Virus record (IMG/VR): IMGVR_UViG_3300042564_004498
Location: 32,001 to 96,000 of that record
Direction: 5' to 3' (one strand)
DNA from: a virus
Length of the DNA stretch: 64,000 nucleotides
Shown piece by piece: positions 1-10,725 of the stretch; the stretch's first letter is position 1; each line of letters opens with the position of its first letter. The translations under genes were made by a program, and so were the position numbers. The notes under the pieces are model-generated. The model did not search any database and was not told where the DNA came from. It worked only from the letters and a program-made list of their open reading frames with translations.

Positions 1-626
1 AGTTGTTCTTCAGTGTATAAACTTGAGTATTCCCCAATAAATAAATTATCCCCTTTTTTTATAGAATTTTCCGATTTAGTTCTTGCAACAACCCCTTTAT
101 ATGCAACCGTTATATTTTTTTGTTTAAAATATTCTACCGTATCAAGAACTTTATCCCAATGCTCCGGGTCCATTAAAAGTCCAATACTCATCATAGCATT
201 TTTTCTTTGACCAATTTCAATTAATTCATCAAATTTAGAAAATTTAGCATATCTAGGGTGAAAACTTAAATGCACATTATTTGTTTTTTCAAAAAGTATT
301 TCCCACACTTCTTTAGGTGCACTCCCGTTACTATCCAAACTAACATTAAAATTATTATCATTAAAGAATGTTATTAATTCTTCAATACCCTCATAAAGAC
401 TTGGTTCTCCTCCTGATATTGACACAAACCTATTAGAATAATCATTAATTTGTGGATTTTCATTAATTAAGTTGGTGAAAAATTTAATATAAGTTTCTAC
501 TAATATCGGTTCTTCCGAACCATTATGAAGAATTGAAGGACAATATTTACAACGATAGTTACACGAATTTGTTACCGTTAGAGTTATATTAAACTCATCA
601 CTTACTATTGATTTTATTTTATTCAT
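1..626 (-). CDS. Radical SAM enzyme (3' end runs off the window)
   Basis: Not in the ORF track. Minus strand from ATG 626 reads MNKIKSIVSDEFNITLTVTNSCNYRCKYCP (CxxxCxxC), then SISGGEP and LDSNGS. ATGA overlap with the upstream gene. Confidence 0.9.
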   Translation of the reverse strand, partial: MNKIKSIVSDEFNITLTVTNSCNYRCKYCPSILHNGSEEPILVETYIKFFTNLINENPQINDYSNRFVSISGGEPSLYEGIEELITFFNDNNFNVSLDSNGSAPKEVWEILFEKTNNVHLSFHPRYAKFSKFDELIEIGQRKNAMMSIGLLMDPEHWDKVLDTVEYFKQKNITVAYKGVVARTKSENSIKKGDNLFIGEYSSLYTEEQ

Positions 627-1468
627 TTTATTTCGTTTAAAGTTTTAATTTCTAATTCGGTAATTAATTTATCTTTATTTGATTCATTAATAAAATCATC
701 CACATTATTAAAAATTTCACTTAATGAATATTTTGGGTTTTTTTTTTGATTTTGTTGTCCTGACACCACAATATCGTTCATTTCGTTTGGTTCCAAATTA
801 ATATATTTTATAATTTCAGAATAATGTTTTTTATAATCAACACCACATAATTGTTCATATGTTACTTCATGAATTGGTATGTCATGAGTTTCACATAATT
901 CTCTTACTTGTTTTTTTTCTGTTATCATATTATTCCGATATTTGGTATATTCATCATATTCTACATTTGTTTTGTTGTATTTATCAATAACAAATTTACT
1001 AAACTTACTTGAGAAATTGGTAACCCCTATTTTAGCTAATTTTCGAGAAAAAAATTGTAAAATAGTATTATCTCTTGTTAAATGAATTACCTTAATATTA
1101 TTTTCTTTAATATAGCATAAAAATTCATCCTCAATATTTCCTTCAACTATATGATTATTGTAAAATACCTTGAATCCTTGAATAGGTTTTTCTATTACTG
1201 ATAAAAATAAATTTAAATATTTTATAACATTTAAATTTCTATTATAAAGTATTTTTTTAGGGTCATTACCAGTTAATTTAATAATTTCTTGGTAAACTGT
1301 AGGGTTTTTATAAAGATGAAGTATTTTATTAATTGTAGTAATATAATTATTTTTTAAAATCTCGTGTTCAAACCTTACTCCTCTTTGATTGTTTAAAAAC
1401 TCAATTAACATATTAGACCCTGTCCTTGCTGTTGTAATTATTATAAAAGTTTCTTTAGTTGTCTTCAT
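623..1468 (-). CDS. Sulfotransferase (Stf0-like)
   Basis: N-terminal PAPS-binding loop TARTGSNML, GFK motif, VIHLTRDN, VTYEQL. Confidence 0.75.
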   Translation of the reverse strand: MKTTKETFIIITTARTGSNMLIEFLNNQRGVRFEHEILKNNYITTINKILHLYKNPTVYQEIIKLTGNDPKKILYNRNLNVIKYLNLFLSVIEKPIQGFKVFYNNHIVEGNIEDEFLCYIKENNIKVIHLTRDNTILQFFSRKLAKIGVTNFSSKFSKFVIDKYNKTNVEYDEYTKYRNNMITEKKQVRELCETHDIPIHEVTYEQLCGVDYKKHYSEIIKYINLEPNEMNDIVVSGQQNQKKNPKYSLSEIFNNVDDFINESNKDKLITELEIKTLNEIK

Positions 1469-2345
1469 TTCTATTTTTAAAATATTCTTCTATATGACTA
1501 AAAATTAAAATATCTGGTTCTTTATACCATTCTAAAATTCCGTCATTGTTTAACCTAATGGATTTAAATATATCCATATTTCTTGTGAATTTATTACGAG
1601 AAGTGTATTGTCTGTCATGTCTATCTCCATGATAGACATGATAGGCATTTCCAGTTATAAACCCAATTGATGGTGAACCCAAAGATTGAACCCATTTTTC
1701 AAATTCAACTAAATTACCTCCTAAGTTAAATCGGCAATTTGGGCTTAACTCATATTTTTTAAAAATATGACTCATTACATTATCCCCACCTCCCAACACA
1801 CAATAAGGGTACAACCCATTTGATTTTTTCCATTGAGCTCTTGTCATTGCCCAAGCAAATCCTGTGTGATATGGTTTTTTATCCCAAAGTTCTATTTTAG
1901 GGTGATTTTTTTCTTGGAATGACCCTATGGATGGTTTTTCCATAAATGGTGTCCCATCTTTATCTAGCCAATATGCTTGTTCAAATAATTGTATTATATC
2001 GTTTGTCTTGAGTTGATTAATAGACATCTCAACCCAATTTTTATTATCAAAAAAAATATCAGAGTCAATCCAAGCAATCAAATCGTATTCGTCAGGAACC
2101 AATTTTTCCGCAATATTTAACAAACATTCTTTTTGCCAAAAAATATTTTTATTAGGGTCTACTAAAATCTGAACCCAATTCTCATATCTCAATGTTTGAG
2201 ATTGTTGACTTGGTAAAAGTAATTCTACCCCAAAAACAGGAACGTTATCAGATGTCATTTTCCCTATAAATTGATGTAAATTATTTATAGGATTATTAAA
2301 ATCACTAAAGTTAAAATGACAAGTAATTACCGCAAGTTTACTCAT
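1455..2345 (-). CDS. GT-A fold glycosyltransferase
   Basis: WQKECLLN, AWIDSD (DxD), GFAWA, LGGGD, HVYHG. Confidence 0.7.
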   Translation of the reverse strand: MSKLAVITCHFNFSDFNNPINNLHQFIGKMTSDNVPVFGVELLLPSQQSQTLRYENWVQILVDPNKNIFWQKECLLNIAEKLVPDEYDLIAWIDSDIFFDNKNWVEMSINQLKTNDIIQLFEQAYWLDKDGTPFMEKPSIGSFQEKNHPKIELWDKKPYHTGFAWAMTRAQWKKSNGLYPYCVLGGGDNVMSHIFKKYELSPNCRFNLGGNLVEFEKWVQSLGSPSIGFITGNAYHVYHGDRHDRQYTSRNKFTRNMDIFKSIRLNNDGILEWYKEPDILIFSHIEEYFKNRNEDN

Positions 2346-2956
2346 ATATTAACATTTGATTTGGGAAATTCTTTATTAGGGATTGTTTTACCAAGGAAAG
2401 GACATAATAATTCCCACCCTTCACCGTTACAAATATTAATTTCTAAAAAATTAGGATTACCTTTAAAATACTCTTTAACTTTATTGTTATAGTCTTGATA
2501 ATAAGTGATAAAACTATCTTTTGTGAATTCAGTTGTATTAAAATGTTTTTTATACAAATCAATTTTCTTTTTTGTTTTCTCTTCGGTCTCGTGGAGATTA
2601 AGAGTTGAGGTTAACCATTTATTAACCGATTCCCACCATTCTTCATCATCTCTAATTGTTAAGATGAATTTAGAATTATAGTAATTTTTATCTAACCATC
2701 TGTATAAATTATTGGTATTGAATGGTCTATCTTTCATACATTCATACCCTGATATTAATTGTCTTAAGATATCATAATCTCTATTAAACCCTGAATTAAT
2801 AATATTATTATTTTTAAATTTGAATTTATTTGACATAACTTTAACCAGGGTAGGTTTATCAAACCCTGAGTAAATTTTTGTATAACCTAATTCTTTCCAA
2901 GCGTCAACTAAAGATGTTGTACCTGTTTTATTTAAACCAATACAAAAGACTTTCAA
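2342..2956 (-). CDS. Sulfotransferase family protein
   Basis: KVFCIGLNKTGTTSL, KFILTIRD...W..S, GEGWELLCPFLG...FPKSN. Start placed at the TTG just after the upstream stop (uncertain). Confidence 0.8.
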   Translation of the reverse strand: MKVFCIGLNKTGTTSLVDAWKELGYTKIYSGFDKPTLVKVMSNKFKFKNNNIINSGFNRDYDILRQLISGYECMKDRPFNTNNLYRWLDKNYYNSKFILTIRDDEEWWESVNKWLTSTLNLHETEEKTKKKIDLYKKHFNTTEFTKDSFITYYQDYNNKVKEYFKGNPNFLEINICNGEGWELLCPFLGKTIPNKEFPKSNVNI

Positions 2957-2957
2957 C

Positions 2958-3830
2958 TTATTGTCGTTTAACTGATGAAATGATGGCGTTAGCATCAAAT
3001 ATCTCAGACTCATCATTGTACGGGAACTCTAATAAATCACCACCTATATTGAATTTACTCAAATAAGCATTTCTTAATTCAGGTTTAACTGTAAAAATGT
3101 TTGATATAATATTATCGTGAATTTCATAACCAAATACATTTGGTTTATTAGTAATCCAACAAACTGTAGATGGTAACTCTAATGCTGCTGCGGTATGTTG
3201 ACAAAAACTGTCAATAAATAATCTTTTTCTACTAAGACTAATCAATACCGCCAACGCCCGAAATGAATCTGTAATAGGGATAGTGTTATCTAATGGAATT
3301 TGGTCTTCTCTTCTAATATGAATGATATTATAAACATCTTTAAATTCATTTACAATATCATTTGCAATACTTATTGGCATATCTCTTGACCAAGAGTACG
3401 CCATGTCTGATGGAGCACCACCATTTGTTTGTAGTAAAAATAGAGGTTTGTCAGAACTAAATTTATTACCAAAAAATTTAATTTCCCTATCTGTTAAAAA
3501 TATTCTTGGTGATTCACCGTTGTAAGGAATATTAAACATTTCACACCAAGTTTTAATTAGGTGTTCTTTTTGTTCAATATGTTCTGTTTGTAAGTAAGGG
3601 TCGTGAGCGAATATTTTAAATTCTTTATCTTCAATATACTCCTCATAAAAATAACTAAAACCTCCAAAGGCAAAGGCTCTGTCAACATTTGGGTTGTTTA
3701 AGAAAACATCAGGATAACCTGAAATAACAATTAATTTTGATTCTGGATATTCTTTTTTAATTGCTTCACAGACAGCGGTGGCTATAACACATTTACCGAT
3801 GCCTCCGTTAATTTGAAATACTATATTCAT
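2958..3830 (-). CDS. GT9 (heptosyltransferase-like) glycosyltransferase with Lys at the catalytic-Asp position
   Basis: MNIVFQINGGIGKCVIATAVCEAIKKEYP...VFLNNPNVD and FIDSFCQHTAAAL match the GT9 pattern. Confidence 0.8.
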   Translation of the reverse strand: MNIVFQINGGIGKCVIATAVCEAIKKEYPESKLIVISGYPDVFLNNPNVDRAFAFGGFSYFYEEYIEDKEFKIFAHDPYLQTEHIEQKEHLIKTWCEMFNIPYNGESPRIFLTDREIKFFGNKFSSDKPLFLLQTNGGAPSDMAYSWSRDMPISIANDIVNEFKDVYNIIHIRREDQIPLDNTIPITDSFRALAVLISLSRKRLFIDSFCQHTAAALELPSTVCWITNKPNVFGYEIHDNIISNIFTVKPELRNAYLSKFNIGGDLLEFPYNDESEIFDANAIISSVKRQ

Positions 3831-3899
3831 ATATTTTTTTGTTTAAAATAAATGTAAATAAATCCTTCAAATTAGTGAAGAGTTAAAAACAATTAGTTA

Positions 3900-4238
3900 T
3901 TAAATTCCATACATTCCCGTAGTCCCTGTAAGTACTTCAATAACATTAGTTCCCATTTGAGTAGCAATTTCATTTAAAATTACACTATCATCAAGACCCC
4001 AAGTTTCTAGTTTAGATTTACCTAAAGTAGTATTAAGATTAAGGATAGACCTGAAATTTGTAACAGTATTTCCTGAAATTTCTCCATTACCAAATACAAC
4101 CTCAAAATTTACTTTTGTTGCACCTAAAGGGTATGGTCTTGCGATAACTGCCATTAAATCGGCTGTTTGAGTAATTGCTGAAAATGGAGTAACTTGTTGA
4201 GTACTTGACGCTGGTGGATTAATTTTTCCGTATAACAT
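3900..4238 (-). CDS. Fibre-associated small protein (paralog of 4265-4600)
   Basis: Shares MLxGKIxP and L..WG.DDSV.L..IA..GT with its neighbour; follows the fibre gene. Confidence 0.6.
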   Translation of the reverse strand: MLYGKINPPASSTQQVTPFSAITQTADLMAVIARPYPLGATKVNFEVVFGNGEISGNTVTNFRSILNLNTTLGKSKLETWGLDDSVILNEIATQMGTNVIEVLTGTTGMYGI

Positions 4239-4264
4239 ATTTTTATATTTTTATATTTTATTTA

Positions 4265-4600
4265 TTAATAAGTGAAATGTGAATCAACAGTTATTTTTTC
4301 TGTTATTGTTGTTCCTATTTTTGAGGCAATAATGTCTAACACAACTGAATCGTCAACACCCCAATTAGATAATTCTTGAGTTGTTAAACTAACTCTATCG
4401 TTTAGTACAACATCAAATTCTTGTTTACCCGACGCATTAAGTATTAAATTACCAAATCTTAGTGTAAAATCAACTTCTGGCTCTCCAATAACATAATTTT
4501 CAGCCTTAACTGCCATATATTCAGCAGTAACTGTTTGAGACGAAAACGCACTTATTTGGTATGTTTTTGTAACTGATGGGATTATTTTTCCTAGTAACAT
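4265..4600 (-). CDS. Fibre-associated small protein (paralog of 3900-4238)
   Basis: MLLGKIIP...LSNWGVDDSVVLDIIASKIGT. Confidence 0.6.
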   Translation of the reverse strand: MLLGKIIPSVTKTYQISAFSSQTVTAEYMAVKAENYVIGEPEVDFTLRFGNLILNASGKQEFDVVLNDRVSLTTQELSNWGVDDSVVLDIIASKIGTTITEKITVDSHFTY

Positions 4601-4625
4601 ATTTTTTATTTTTTATTTTTTAATT

Positions 4626-7600
4626 TTATTTCCAAACTTCAACACCTAACCAACCATTTTTAGCGTCAATATCTTTTCTTGTTCCAATAATCAACACATT
4701 ATATTCTCCATCACAATTTGATGTAAAACTAACACATGTTTGTCCAGAATCTACAACACCATATGCACTACCAAAATGGTTTTTTGGTGTAACAAATACT
4801 TGGTCATCTTCATTTAAGAATTTATAATAATCAGGTAATGCTAAAGATGCACTACAATTTGTAGTCTCTATTTTGTATCTATAAATATTATCTCCTTTTG
4901 TTGGTGATTCCACAAATGAGTGTTGTAAATATTTTGTTTGTGTTTTACTTGGGTCTGGATGATTAATTCTAAAAGTACCACTGGCTTTTGATAAAGCATT
5001 TGTATATGTGGTACAAGAAGCCGCCGCAGATAAGTTAGACCCAACAATATTAGATTTGACATAGGTAGAGCCAATAGTATTACAAATTCCACCTAAAATA
5101 GCATTACAAGCATCAGAAATACAGTTACAAAAACCACCACCAATAAATGATAAACATGAAGTACCACAGTTGATAATTTGATTTTGGCATCCACCAACTA
5201 TTGTTGATTTACTAGAACAAATAGTGTTAGCAAAACCTCCACCAATAAATGAAAAAGTTGAAGTACCACAGTTGATAATATTATTACTATAACCACCGAC
5301 TATTGTTGAAAAACAAGAACAAATAGTGTTGACACAACCACCTCCAATAAATGAGTGATTTGAATCATTGCAGTTTTGAATACAATTCTTATAACCACCG
5401 CTTATTGTTGAATATTGAGAAGAGAGACAGTTTTGTCGACCACCACCAATTGTTGACATATAACCACAAATATGATGTTTATTTGCATACCCACCACCAA
5501 TAGTGTTATAACCGACCATTTCAATTAGGTTATTTTGTCCACCTGAAATGTTGCTAAAATAACCACAACGAATAATGTTTCCATAACCACCACTAATTGT
5601 TCCGCAGCTACTACCACATTCTATTTTGTTTCCACAACCCCCACCGATAAAACCGTTATTGGTACTAATACAAATATGGTTAAACTTTCCTCCTACGATT
5701 GAATTCATGTAACCTGTTGAGATAATATTTCTATCACCACCACCAATAAATCCACAATAAGTGTTTGATGCCGAATTGTATCTACCACCTCCAATAGTGT
5801 TCATATACCCATAAACTGAACAACTACCATATCCACCTCCAATTGTTGAAAAAGTACTACCCTCTAATTTATTAGCAACACCTCCAGCAATTGTTCCATA
5901 TGATGAGTTACCGTCAACCCCATTGCCATTACCACCTCCAATTGTTGACGCATAAGCATAACCACAATTACCAACTCCTCCACCAATTGTTGAGTAGTTG
6001 CTGGACGATGTATTACCTCTCCCACCAGCAATCGTACTACTTATCCCGCAATTACAATTTAAGGCACCACCACCAATTGTTGAACAGTTGTTTAATGTTA
6101 TGCAGTTGCAGGCTCCACCACCAATTGTTTGATAACTCCCAGAAACACTATTTAATCTACCACCCCCTATGAAATCAAAACTTCCACAAGAGCAGTTACA
6201 ACAACCACCACCAATTGTTGATGCGGTAGTATTAACACTTCCATAATCACCTCTTACCGTATTACATAGTCCACCACCAATTGTAGCAAAACAATGATTA
6301 CCTGCAGTATAATTACAAAATCCACCACCAATTGTTGAAACAACAACTTCTGCCCTATTAAGACAACCACCACCAACTGTGGAACCATAACTAGTAGAAT
6401 TACAGAATCCTCCTGCAATTGTTGATAAACATCCTGTGGCTGTATTTTGAAATCCTCCACCAATAAAACTATATTGTCCTGCAACACATGCGAATGGTGC
6501 TGTGGTAAAAACACATGAGAATCCACACCAAACACCTCCACAGGTGTTATTTCCAACACCTCCGGCAACTACCGCACCATAGGATAAACATCCACAAGTG
6601 GAATTACATACAAAATTACAGTTACCTCCTCCAATAAATGAAGCAAATCCATTAGATTTATTATTAATACCACCACCAATTGTTGAGGTTTGACCTGAAA
6701 CACTATTACCTGTTCCACCTCCAATTGTTGAATATTCTCCTAAATTACAATTGTTATTACCACCCCCAATTGTTGAATAATTACAACACATTTTATTACA
6801 TAGACCACCGGCAATTACACTATATGAACCACCACCAATGGTATTAAAAAACCCACCACCAATAGTTGCATCACCACTTATGTTTGAGTTGCAACGACCA
6901 CCACCAATAAAACCGTAGTTGGCACTGACAGTATTACGAAAACCACCACCAATTGTTGACCAGCTACCATAACCACATGCCTGATTACAACAACCACCAC
7001 CAATTGTTGAACCTCCACTAGCACTTTCTATTAAGTTACAACAACCACCACCAATTGTTGAAGATTCACCATAACCACTTATAGTATTACGACGACCACC
7101 ACCAATTGTTGAAACAGGAGAAGTAGATGCGGTATTACAAATACCACCACCAATTGTTGAACCTGAAGAATCTACATCTACGATGTTACAAGAACCTCCT
7201 GCAATTGTTGATAAACATCCTGTGGCTATATTTCGAAATCCTCCACCAATAAAACTATATTGTCCTGCGTTACATGCCGTTGGTGCTACGGTGAAAGCAC
7301 ATGAGGCTAATGTCCAAGTCCCACCACAGGTGTTATTTCCAACACCTCCGGCAACTACCGCACCATAGGATAAACATCCTGAAGTGGAATTACATACAAA
7401 ATTACAGTTACCACCACCAATAAATGAATCAATTGAATAAGAACGATTAGAACGCCCACCACCAATGGTTGAACGACAACAACATGTTTCATTAGAACGC
7501 CCACCACCAATTGTTGAACCCTCACTATATGCAAAATTATTACTCCCACCACCAATGGTTGCATACGGAGCACTCAATTGGTTTTGGAACCCACCACCAA

Positions 7601-8417
7601 TAAAGGAATAATTACTATTGCTATTAATGCGGTTATTAAATCCACCACTAATTACGCCACGATTACTACCAGTATTAATTATATTAAAATCTCCTCCTGC
7701 AATTGTTGAAAATGAATTCGTGGTTATAATGTTACTAGCTCCTCCTCCAATAAATCCACAATATGACGAACTCGTTGTATTTTTATCACCACCAGCAATT
7801 ACATTTGAACAACCATAACTACTCATTGTATTTTTACATCCACCACCAATGAAGGACCTACAATTGTTAATATTAATACTATTAAGATATCCACCTGCTA
7901 TGGTAGAAAAACTAGTACATACATTATTACCAACACCTCCACCTATTGTTGAATAAGAACTGTTTGCGTCTGTGCAATTACTACCGCCACCCGCAATTGT
8001 TGAAGAATAACCACAACTGTAATTACCAAAACCTCCACCAACAGTTGAATAGACGGAATTTGATACATTTTGTCGACCACCACTAATTGTATTAGTGGGT
8101 CCGCAATTAGAATTATAAACACCACCGCCAATTGTTGAGAAGCAACAAACCACACAGTTATTACAACCTCCACCAATTGTTGAAGAAATCCCGCAATTGC
8201 ATATTGTATTACAATTCCCTCCACCAATTGTTGCACAATTAGCATTACAACTTGTGTTACAAGTTCCGTTCACAAATGAACCAACTCCTGTTGCAGTGTT
8301 ACCTGTACCAAAAGTAATACTTCCACATGTACCTTGACATAATCTTTGGACTACGTTTGATGCTGTGCAAAAATCAATCTTACTCTGTCCTGGGGTTATT
8401 AATATATCTTGAGCCAT
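4626..8417 (-). CDS. Cys/Gly-rich repeat fibre (tail or head fibre, beta-solenoid)
   Basis: Dozens of ~14-16-aa (S/G)(T/F)I(G/A/S)GGxxN repeats. C-terminal KASGTFRINHP...LQHSFVESP domain typical of phage fibre C-termini. TATTTAT upstream. Confidence 0.8.
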   Translation of the reverse strand: MAQDILITPGQSKIDFCTASNVVQRLCQGTCGSITFGTGNTATGVGSFVNGTCNTSCNANCATIGGGNCNTICNCGISSTIGGGCNNCVVCCFSTIGGGVYNSNCGPTNTISGGRQNVSNSVYSTVGGGFGNYSCGYSSTIAGGGSNCTDANSSYSTIGGGVGNNVCTSFSTIAGGYLNSININNCRSFIGGGCKNTMSSYGCSNVIAGGDKNTTSSSYCGFIGGGASNIITTNSFSTIAGGDFNIINTGSNRGVISGGFNNRINSNSNYSFIGGGFQNQLSAPYATIGGGSNNFAYSEGSTIGGGRSNETCCCRSTIGGGRSNRSYSIDSFIGGGNCNFVCNSTSGCLSYGAVVAGGVGNNTCGGTWTLASCAFTVAPTACNAGQYSFIGGGFRNIATGCLSTIAGGSCNIVDVDSSGSTIGGGICNTASTSPVSTIGGGRRNTISGYGESSTIGGGCCNLIESASGGSTIGGGCCNQACGYGSWSTIGGGFRNTVSANYGFIGGGRCNSNISGDATIGGGFFNTIGGGSYSVIAGGLCNKMCCNYSTIGGGNNNCNLGEYSTIGGGTGNSVSGQTSTIGGGINNKSNGFASFIGGGNCNFVCNSTCGCLSYGAVVAGGVGNNTCGGVWCGFSCVFTTAPFACVAGQYSFIGGGFQNTATGCLSTIAGGFCNSTSYGSTVGGGCLNRAEVVVSTIGGGFCNYTAGNHCFATIGGGLCNTVRGDYGSVNTTASTIGGGCCNCSCGSFDFIGGGRLNSVSGSYQTIGGGACNCITLNNCSTIGGGALNCNCGISSTIAGGRGNTSSSNYSTIGGGVGNCGYAYASTIGGGNGNGVDGNSSYGTIAGGVANKLEGSTFSTIGGGYGSCSVYGYMNTIGGGRYNSASNTYCGFIGGGDRNIISTGYMNSIVGGKFNHICISTNNGFIGGGCGNKIECGSSCGTISGGYGNIIRCGYFSNISGGQNNLIEMVGYNTIGGGYANKHHICGYMSTIGGGRQNCLSSQYSTISGGYKNCIQNCNDSNHSFIGGGCVNTICSCFSTIVGGYSNNIINCGTSTFSFIGGGFANTICSSKSTIVGGCQNQIINCGTSCLSFIGGGFCNCISDACNAILGGICNTIGSTYVKSNIVGSNLSAAASCTTYTNALSKASGTFRINHPDPSKTQTKYLQHSFVESPTKGDNIYRYKIETTNCSASLALPDYYKFLNEDDQVFVTPKNHFGSAYGVVDSGQTCVSFTSNCDGEYNVLIIGTRKDIDAKNGWLGVEVWK
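6401..7428. repeat. ~240-bp internal duplication in the fibre gene (6401-6642 and 7187-7428)
   Basis: Near-identical flanks with a divergent ~55-bp centre. Confidence 0.9.
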
Positions 8418-8488
8418 CAATTAAATTCGTTTCTTATAAATACACGATAAAAAGAAATTATCACATATAATAACATTTAGTTCATCCA

Positions 8489-9307
8489 TTAATTAAAATA
8501 TAAATAGTTTTTATATTCACTTAACCCCAACTCCAAATTGTATTGTGGTTTCCACCCTTTCATCCATTTGTCTTTATTAGAACAAGTGTAGAATTGATAC
8601 CCTGTCGGGATTAGATTTTCATTATGATATGTAAATGGTATTTCCATGATGTTCATTACATCTTCAAAACTTCTTGATTCCCCGGAACCCACATCGTAAT
8701 GATTAAGATTTAATTCATTATAATTTAGAAATCCAAAGATGTTTGCTGATACAACATCTTTAACATAAATGAAATCCCTTGTTGGGTTTTTTGGAAATAA
8801 TTTACATTCATTACCAAGATTATGTTTGATAAATGACTGGTAGGCAACTGAAGACATTTTTCCCTTATGTTCTTCTCTTGGTCCATAAACATTAAAGTAT
8901 CTAAGACCGATTCCATTATTTGAGATTACATATTGTTCAGCGACGTATTTACTCCACCCATATAAGTTTGATGGATAATTATTGTTTTCACCATAATTGG
9001 CAGCTGATGATGAGTAGATTAGTTTGGAGTTATTTTCTTTACTCCAATCCGTTAACACTTTTGTAAATTCAAAATTTAATACCATCATGTAGTTAACATC
9101 TTTTTCCAAAGTGTCCGAACAGGCTCCGACATGAAAAATTCCTTGAGGGTTATGTTTTATTAGAGTTGATACTAAATCTGATTTCCAATTGTCTGATTGA
9201 AATATGTCTTCGTTTATTTCAATAACCTTATAATTCAATGATATTAATTCTTCTTTAAGGTTTTGACCAATAAATCCTTTTGACCCTGTTAATAATACTT
9301 TTATCAT
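8489..9307 (-). CDS. hldD: ADP-L-glycero-D-manno-heptose-6-epimerase-like NAD-dependent epimerase
   Basis: TGSKGFIG, FHVGACSDT, YSSSAANYG, YGWSK, LRYFNVYGPREEHKGKMSS, YQFYT. Confidence 0.85.
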   Translation of the reverse strand: MIKVLLTGSKGFIGQNLKEELISLNYKVIEINEDIFQSDNWKSDLVSTLIKHNPQGIFHVGACSDTLEKDVNYMMVLNFEFTKVLTDWSKENNSKLIYSSSAANYGENNNYPSNLYGWSKYVAEQYVISNNGIGLRYFNVYGPREEHKGKMSSVAYQSFIKHNLGNECKLFPKNPTRDFIYVKDVVSANIFGFLNYNELNLNHYDVGSGESRSFEDVMNIMEIPFTYHNENLIPTGYQFYTCSNKDKWMKGWKPQYNLELGLSEYKNYLYFN

Positions 9308-10044
9308 GGTGTGGCAACCCCTCTTTTTGATACTACGATTGATGCCATTTTATTGGCGAAGATTATAGATTCCTCAACATCTTTGGTTTCCAAATATTTT
9401 AATGTGAATGATGATGTGAAAGTATCTCCTGCCCCACTAACATCAATGGTCTCCTTTGGGTTAGGAGATGGATAAATTTTACCTTGGTATTTGGCACCGT
9501 TACTTCCAAGTGTAATAAGAAGTTTATTTAATGAGCTATCATTAAAGTTATGTTTGGAAAATTCAGATTCGTTTAACTTCACAAAATCAAATTTATTAAC
9601 AAGGTCATCTCCAATTTGTTTCTTTGTGTCAATAATTGAGAATTGAGCGTGTTTGGTTATTTCAAATAATACCTCATCATTAAGGAATCCTTTATTATAA
9701 TCACTTATAATAACTGCATCCACATTTTTTAATGCGTTTAACTTTGAAATATTTAATTCTAATGGTTCAATATCAGATTCACCCTCATCAACTCTTAAAA
9801 ACATATGATTACTTTTCTTATCAACATATCTTGTTTTTGTAATGTCTTTGTTTTGGTACCAATGAATGATATGTAAATCTTTATTCAAAGATTTTAAGTT
9901 CTCAACAACATTACCTGACATACCTTTGTTTTCCGTTGTCTCTATTGGTGTTAATACGGGCACAGGCGCTTCAGGAGACAATCGTTTTGTCTCCACATAA
10001 ATAAATCTATCTAAACACAACTCACCTATTACTATTATTCTCAT
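9304..10044 (-). CDS. Heptose-7-phosphate kinase (RfaE/HldE kinase domain, PfkB family)
   Basis: RLSPEAPVPV, ISDYNKG, DVSGAGDTF. Confidence 0.9.
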   Translation of the reverse strand: MRIIVIGELCLDRFIYVETKRLSPEAPVPVLTPIETTENKGMSGNVVENLKSLNKDLHIIHWYQNKDITKTRYVDKKSNHMFLRVDEGESDIEPLELNISKLNALKNVDAVIISDYNKGFLNDEVLFEITKHAQFSIIDTKKQIGDDLVNKFDFVKLNESEFSKHNFNDSSLNKLLITLGSNGAKYQGKIYPSPNPKETIDVSGAGDTFTSSFTLKYLETKDVEESIIFANKMASIVVSKRGVATP

Positions 10045-10423
10045 ACTTCAATATTTTTGTTGTACTATAATCTAGTAGTTTTTTATAAAACACTAATTCT
10101 TTTGCGTGTTCACTACCATAAACAATTTCATTCCTATAGTCATCACCAACCACCATATAATCAGGTTGATATTCTTTCACACAATTAATTAGTTCTTCTC
10201 TTGAATCAAACACCACGACTTCATCCACAAATTTTAATGACTGAAGAAAATATTTTCTATCCTCAACATTATTAAATGGTCTACTCTCACCTTTAAGTTC
10301 TTTCACCCTTTTGTCCGAATCTATTCCAACCACTAACACACCTAAAGATTTGGCGTATTCCAACATCTTAAGATGTCCGGCATGAAGAACATCAAATGTT
10401 CCATTTACCCAAACTTTTTTCAT
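10022..10423 (-). CDS. Heptose-1-phosphate nucleotidyltransferase (RfaE/HldE domain II-like)
   Basis: NGTFDVLHAGH, KGESRPFN, VGDDY, YSTTKI. Confidence 0.85.
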   Translation of the reverse strand: MKKVWVNGTFDVLHAGHLKMLEYAKSLGVLVVGIDSDKRVKELKGESRPFNNVEDRKYFLQSLKFVDEVVVFDSREELINCVKEYQPDYMVVGDDYRNEIVYGSEHAKELVFYKKLLDYSTTKILKYENNSNR

Positions 10424-10725
10424 AGTTCTTCTATCCTTATTGACTTATCACAAATGTATAAATCATAATGTGGTTTATGGTTCATCCTTAGTTCGTGGAA
10501 TTTACATCCCCAATCGTTAAGTTGTTGTTTTGTTAATTCTACATAGTCAACTTTTGTTGCCGCACCTCTTGCAGTATAATAAACAATTGTATTACCTTGG
10601 TCATACAATTTATTTATTTTAGATATCTGTTCTAATCGTGGTGCTGCATCAGAATAAGGTTTTGCTATTGTGCAAATTGTCCCATCGATGTCTACATAAA
10701 TTACTTTTGGCTGTCTCCCTTCCAT
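10420..10725 (-). CDS. Small HAD-superfamily phosphatase
   Basis: VDIDGTIC, YYTARG, KPHYDLYICDK. Confidence 0.8.
   Translation of the reverse strand: MEGRQPKVIYVDIDGTICTIAKPYSDAAPRLEQISKINKLYDQGNTIVYYTARGAATKVDYVELTKQQLNDWGCKFHELRMNHKPHYDLYICDKSIRIEEL

Noticed and set aside
6401-7428. Diversity-generating retroelement TR/VR pair
   Set aside because: Mismatches between the copies are not restricted to adenines, both copies are in-frame within one gene, and no reverse transcriptase is in the window.
4868-8245. Alternative-frame and antisense ORFs inside the fibre gene
   Set aside because: By-products of repetitive GGT/GGA codons; no start signals.
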